Assembly: GCA_031416075.1 (NCBI GenBank)
Contig: JANOSY010000033.1
Coordinates: 1-44,335, forward strand
DNA from: Candidatus Tenderia sp.
GTDB lineage: Bacteria; Pseudomonadota; Gammaproteobacteria; Tenderiales; Tenderiaceae
Length of the DNA: 44,335 bases
Reading direction: 5' to 3'
Shown: piece after piece, positions 40,992 through 44,335 of the stretch
How the letters are laid out: the number at the start of each line of letters is the position of its first letter
How positions within the stretch are numbered: position 1 is the stretch's first letter
Notes under the pieces: generated by a model
What the model was told of the DNA's origin: nothing
Database searches by the model: none
The model's input: the letters and a program-made list of their open reading frames with translations, nothing else
Made by a program: the position numbers and the translations under genes

Positions 40992-43900
40992 ATGCAAGAA
41001 CCTACACCAGACGCTACACCAGAGATTACAGTCGAACCACCCGTCAGCGAAACCGACGTTGTTACCCCGGTTGCAGAACCGGCAGTGGCAGAGGTTAAAC
41101 CCGTGCCAGTACGGCGCAGGCGCAGGCGCTGGCGTGGCTGGTTGTTGGGGTTTACCGTGGTGGGGGCGATTATTGCCGGTGCTGTCTATTATGAGATGGA
41201 GCACTCAACACTACAGGCCCGTTTTATTGCCGGCATGGCGCAAGAGATGCGCTATACCGTTGAGTCAGGAGCGGCACCGGAAGATGAGATCCATTACCCC
41301 GGTAGCGGCCCCTTCGATTTACGCATGGGGTATACCGCACTGCCCGATTTTTTAACCGCACTGCAAGAGCGTGGTTACACCATTGACGCCCAGGCGCGCT
41401 GGTCAGAAAAACTACAGCTGAGCTGGGCGTGGGGACTCTTTCCCCCTTATCACGAAAAAGCACGTGCAGGATTAACCATCCACGATAAAAATGGCGCAGA
41501 GCTTTATGACTCACGCTATCCACGGGATACCTACACCACGTTTGAAGAGATAGCCCCACTCATTGTGAATACACTGCTCTTCATCGAAAACCGCGAACTG
41601 CTTGAGACCACCCACCCCCACCGTAACCCCGCCATTGAGTGGGACCGTATGGCGCGGGTCACCAGTGGACTCGCCCTCAACATGATCAGAACTGAAGATG
41701 AAAAACTGGCGGGTGGCAGCACACTGGCAACACAGATTGAAAAATATCGCCACTCACCCGACGGCCTCACCAGCTCACCGATAGAAAAATTACGACAGAT
41801 GGGTTCCGCCACACTGCGTGCCTATCTCGATGGTGAAGATACCGCCATTGCACGCCGCAATATCGTACGAGACTATATCAACACAGTACCGCTGGCAGCA
41901 CGGAGCGGCTTTGGCGAAGTGAACGGCATTGGTGATGGACTGAAGGTCTGGTACGACATGGATGTCAACCAGGTCAATGCCACCCTTCAACGTAACGACA
42001 TTGATAGCGAAGGCACATTGGCCGCCCAGGCCATGGCCTACAAACAGGTGCTGAGCCTGTTTCTGGCGCAACGCCGCCCCTCATACTATTTAAGCAGTGC
42101 TGGTCCGCAACGGTTAAACGACCTTGCCAATGTCCACCTTGAGCTGTTAGCCCGTGAAAATGTAATCACGCCCGCGCTGCGTGATGCCGCCGCTGCCGTA
42201 TCACTACGGTATGGGCCGCCCAAGTCACAACGTAATGCAACACCCTATGCAAGTGACAAGGCGATTAACGTCACACGCACACGACTCACCGGCATGTTGG
42301 GACTTAAAAGTCTTTACGAACTCGACCGTACCGACCTGGCAGTCAACACCACCTTTGATAAATCAATGCAAAAAATTGTCAGCCAGACCCTAAGAAAAAT
42401 GCAGAACCCTGAAGCAGCACGTGCCGCTGGACTGTTTGGTGAACGGCTACTGAATGAAGACAATGACCTCAGCAAAGTAATCTACAGCTTCACCTTGATG
42501 GAGCGGACCCCCACCGCCAATGTCGTGCGCGTACAGGCAGACAACTACGATCAACCCTTTGACATCAATGAAGGTGTCAAACTGGATCTTGGCTCAAGCG
42601 CCAAACTTCGTACACTGGTCAGCTACCTCAACATCATCGCCGCGCTGCATAAAGAGTACGCAGTGCTAGAACCTGCCGAACTGGCAAAGATTGCCGTTGC
42701 CAACAACAACGTTCTGGCACGTTGGGCGATTGACTACCTGCGTACCCAGCCCAAACGCGAATTAAACGACATGCTCGCCGCTGCCATGGAGCGTACCTAC
42801 TCAGCCAATCCCGGCGAGCAGTTTTTTACCGGTGGTGGGCTACACACATTTGCAAACTTCGACAAACTGGATAACGGAAAAATTGTCACCGTCCGTGAAG
42901 CCATGCGTAGCTCCATCAACCTACCCTTCGTACGCATGATGCGCGACATCGTTCGTTACCACATGCTGCAAATACCTGGCTCCACAGCCAAACTGCTCGA
43001 AGATGTTAATGACAAACGCCGCAGCAGCTATCTGGAACGGTTTGCCGACAAAGAGGGCAGCACCTTCATTCAGCACTTCTACCGTAAATACAAAGGTAAA
43101 GGGGCAGACGAAATCCTCGAACTGCTACTCAAAAGCACACGCCTGACACCACCACGGCTCGCGCTCATCTACAACCGCACAGTGATAGAGCCGAGTGATG
43201 AAGCGTTCATAAAATTTTTCCACCAATGGTTACCCGATAATAAAATGAGTGATGGGGATATCCAGTCCCTGTCACAACGTTACGGCATTGGCAGTTACAA
43301 CCTTGCCGATCAAGGCTACATCGCCAGCATACATCCGCTGGAACTCTGGACCGCTTCCTACATGGTGCGGAATCCCAGTGTTAAATCAGCCGAACTACTG
43401 GCAGCCAGCGCCGCAGAGCGACAGGAAGTCTACAGCTGGTTACGCAAAACCCGGCACAAAAATGCCCAAGACATACGGATACGCCAACTCCTGGAGACAG
43501 AAGCATTTATTGAAATCCACAAAGAATGGAAACAGCTCGGCTACCCCTTTGACAGCCTGGTCCCTTCATATGCCACTTCCATCGGCAGCTCAGCAGATCG
43601 CCCAGCGGCGTTGGCAGAGTTGATGGGGATACTTGTTAATGGAGGCAAACACCTGCCCACCGTACGCATCGACAATATGCATTTTGCCGCCGACACCCCC
43701 TACGAAACAAGCGTCAAGTACCAACCGCCAGCGGGTCAGCAACTGATTGACCCAAGCGTTGCCGCAGAAGTCCGCAAAGCGTTGAAAGACGTCGTTGAAA
43801 ACGGCACCGCACGACGACTCAAACAACCCTTCACCGACGCCGAAGGCAACATCATGGCCGTTGGCGGAAAAACAGGTACAGGGGATCATCGTTACGAAGT

Positions 43901-44111
43901 ATTTGGCAGCGGCGGCCAACTCATAAAATCAACGGTAATGAACCGCACAGCCACCTTTGTCTTCTACATTGGGGACCGCTACTACGGCATACTCACCGCC
44001 TTTGTCCCCGGCGTAGAAGCAGGAAACTACCACTTCACCAGCGGCCTGCCAGTACAGCTACTCAAAACATTGGCACCAGACCTCGCCCCCTACATACGTG
44101 GCGAAAAATAG
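40992..44111 (+). CDS. Large bifunctional transglycosylase/transpeptidase (class A PBP-like)
   Basis: TM anchor; GT51-like ENR, GGSTLATQIEK and EKLRQM; transpeptidase SSAK, SIN and KTGTG motifs. Confidence 0.8.
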   Translation: MQEPTPDATPEITVEPPVSETDVVTPVAEPAVAEVKPVPVRRRRRRWRGWLLGFTVVGAIIAGAVYYEMEHSTLQARFIAGMAQEMRYTVESGAAPEDEIHYPGSGPFDLRMGYTALPDFLTALQERGYTIDAQARWSEKLQLSWAWGLFPPYHEKARAGLTIHDKNGAELYDSRYPRDTYTTFEEIAPLIVNTLLFIENRELLETTHPHRNPAIEWDRMARVTSGLALNMIRTEDEKLAGGSTLATQIEKYRHSPDGLTSSPIEKLRQMGSATLRAYLDGEDTAIARRNIVRDYINTVPLAARSGFGEVNGIGDGLKVWYDMDVNQVNATLQRNDIDSEGTLAAQAMAYKQVLSLFLAQRRPSYYLSSAGPQRLNDLANVHLELLARENVITPALRDAAAAVSLRYGPPKSQRNATPYASDKAINVTRTRLTGMLGLKSLYELDRTDLAVNTTFDKSMQKIVSQTLRKMQNPEAARAAGLFGERLLNEDNDLSKVIYSFTLMERTPTANVVRVQADNYDQPFDINEGVKLDLGSSAKLRTLVSYLNIIAALHKEYAVLEPAELAKIAVANNNVLARWAIDYLRTQPKRELNDMLAAAMERTYSANPGEQFFTGGGLHTFANFDKLDNGKIVTVREAMRSSINLPFVRMMRDIVRYHMLQIPGSTAKLLEDVNDKRRSSYLERFADKEGSTFIQHFYRKYKGKGADEILELLLKSTRLTPPRLALIYNRTVIEPSDEAFIKFFHQWLPDNKMSDGDIQSLSQRYGIGSYNLADQGYIASIHPLELWTASYMVRNPSVKSAELLAASAAERQEVYSWLRKTRHKNAQDIRIRQLLETEAFIEIHKEWKQLGYPFDSLVPSYATSIGSSADRPAALAELMGILVNGGKHLPTVRIDNMHFAADTPYETSVKYQPPAGQQLIDPSVAAEVRKALKDVVENGTARRLKQPFTDAEGNIMAVGGKTGTGDHRYEVFGSGGQLIKSTVMNRTATFVFYIGDRYYGILTAFVPGVEAGNYHFTSGLPVQLLKTLAPDLAPYIRGEK

Positions 44112-44126
44112 GGCCGGTTAAATATT

Positions 44127-44335
44127 TGTAGTGGTCAAGTCTTTTTGGCCACAGTTTTATAGTCAATCCAATACTGCTTCTCAGCCTCATTCGGCGCCAG
44201 CCCGTCATTGTGGGTATGGGGTCTGAATTGACTGTAATAGCCAATGACATAATCCGTGATGCCATGCTTTGCCTCTTCAAAGGAAGCATAGCCAGTCCCG
44301 GGGATCCATTCAGTTTTCAAGCTTCTGAAAAAACG
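44127..44335 (-). mobile_element. Right end of an IS3-family element (truncated by window edge)
   Basis: Terminal IR TGTAGTGGTCAAGTCTTTTTGGCCACAG at 44127; transposase C-terminus. Confidence 0.9.
44135..44335 (-). CDS. IS3-family transposase OrfB, C-terminal fragment
   Basis: RFFRSLKTEW...YYSQFRPHTHNDGLAP motif. Confidence 0.9.
   Translation of the reverse strand, partial: RFFRSLKTEWIPGTGYASFEEAKHGITDYVIGYYSQFRPHTHNDGLAPNEAEKQYWIDYKTVAKKT

Noticed and set aside
37500-44126. dif site at the skew switch
   Set aside because: No match to the XerD arm TTATGTTAAAT seen; GGTTAAAT near 44116 is insufficient

Overview
Gammaproteobacterial chromosomal segment, probably a whole contig, bounded by an IS630-like transposase start on the left and an IS3-family end on the right. 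The left ~16 kb is accessory. It holds a 5'-truncated AT3-SGNH O-acyltransferase and a VPS-like Wzy-type exopolysaccharide module (OM beta-barrel, short OPX/Wza, Wzc, PHP phosphatase, VpsP-like protein, O-antigen-ligase-family protein, NTP_transf_5 nucleotidyltransferase). Divergent from that module is lasso-peptide-type maturation machinery (ABC exporter, PqqD/RRE B1, transglutaminase-like B2), and a convergent Cys-less asparagine-synthetase-like cyclase C. No precursor gene was found. The cyclase appears to be the last gene of a Fur-boxed fbpABC Fe3+ uptake operon. A Fic gene lies between B2 and C, flanked by what look like stubs of an MmeI/YeeA methyltransferase and a YeeB helicase. The rest is largely core: rdgC, suhB, trmJ, cysE, iscR-(extra desulfurase)-iscSUA-hscBA-fdx-iscX, ndk-rlmN-pilW-rodZ-ispG-hisS-yfgM-bamB-der and a large class A PBP-like gene. 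The most interesting candidate system is the EPS-coupled, apparently precursor-less lasso-type RiPP machinery with a nucleotidyltransferase. All assignments come from motif recognition by eye; no database searches were run.
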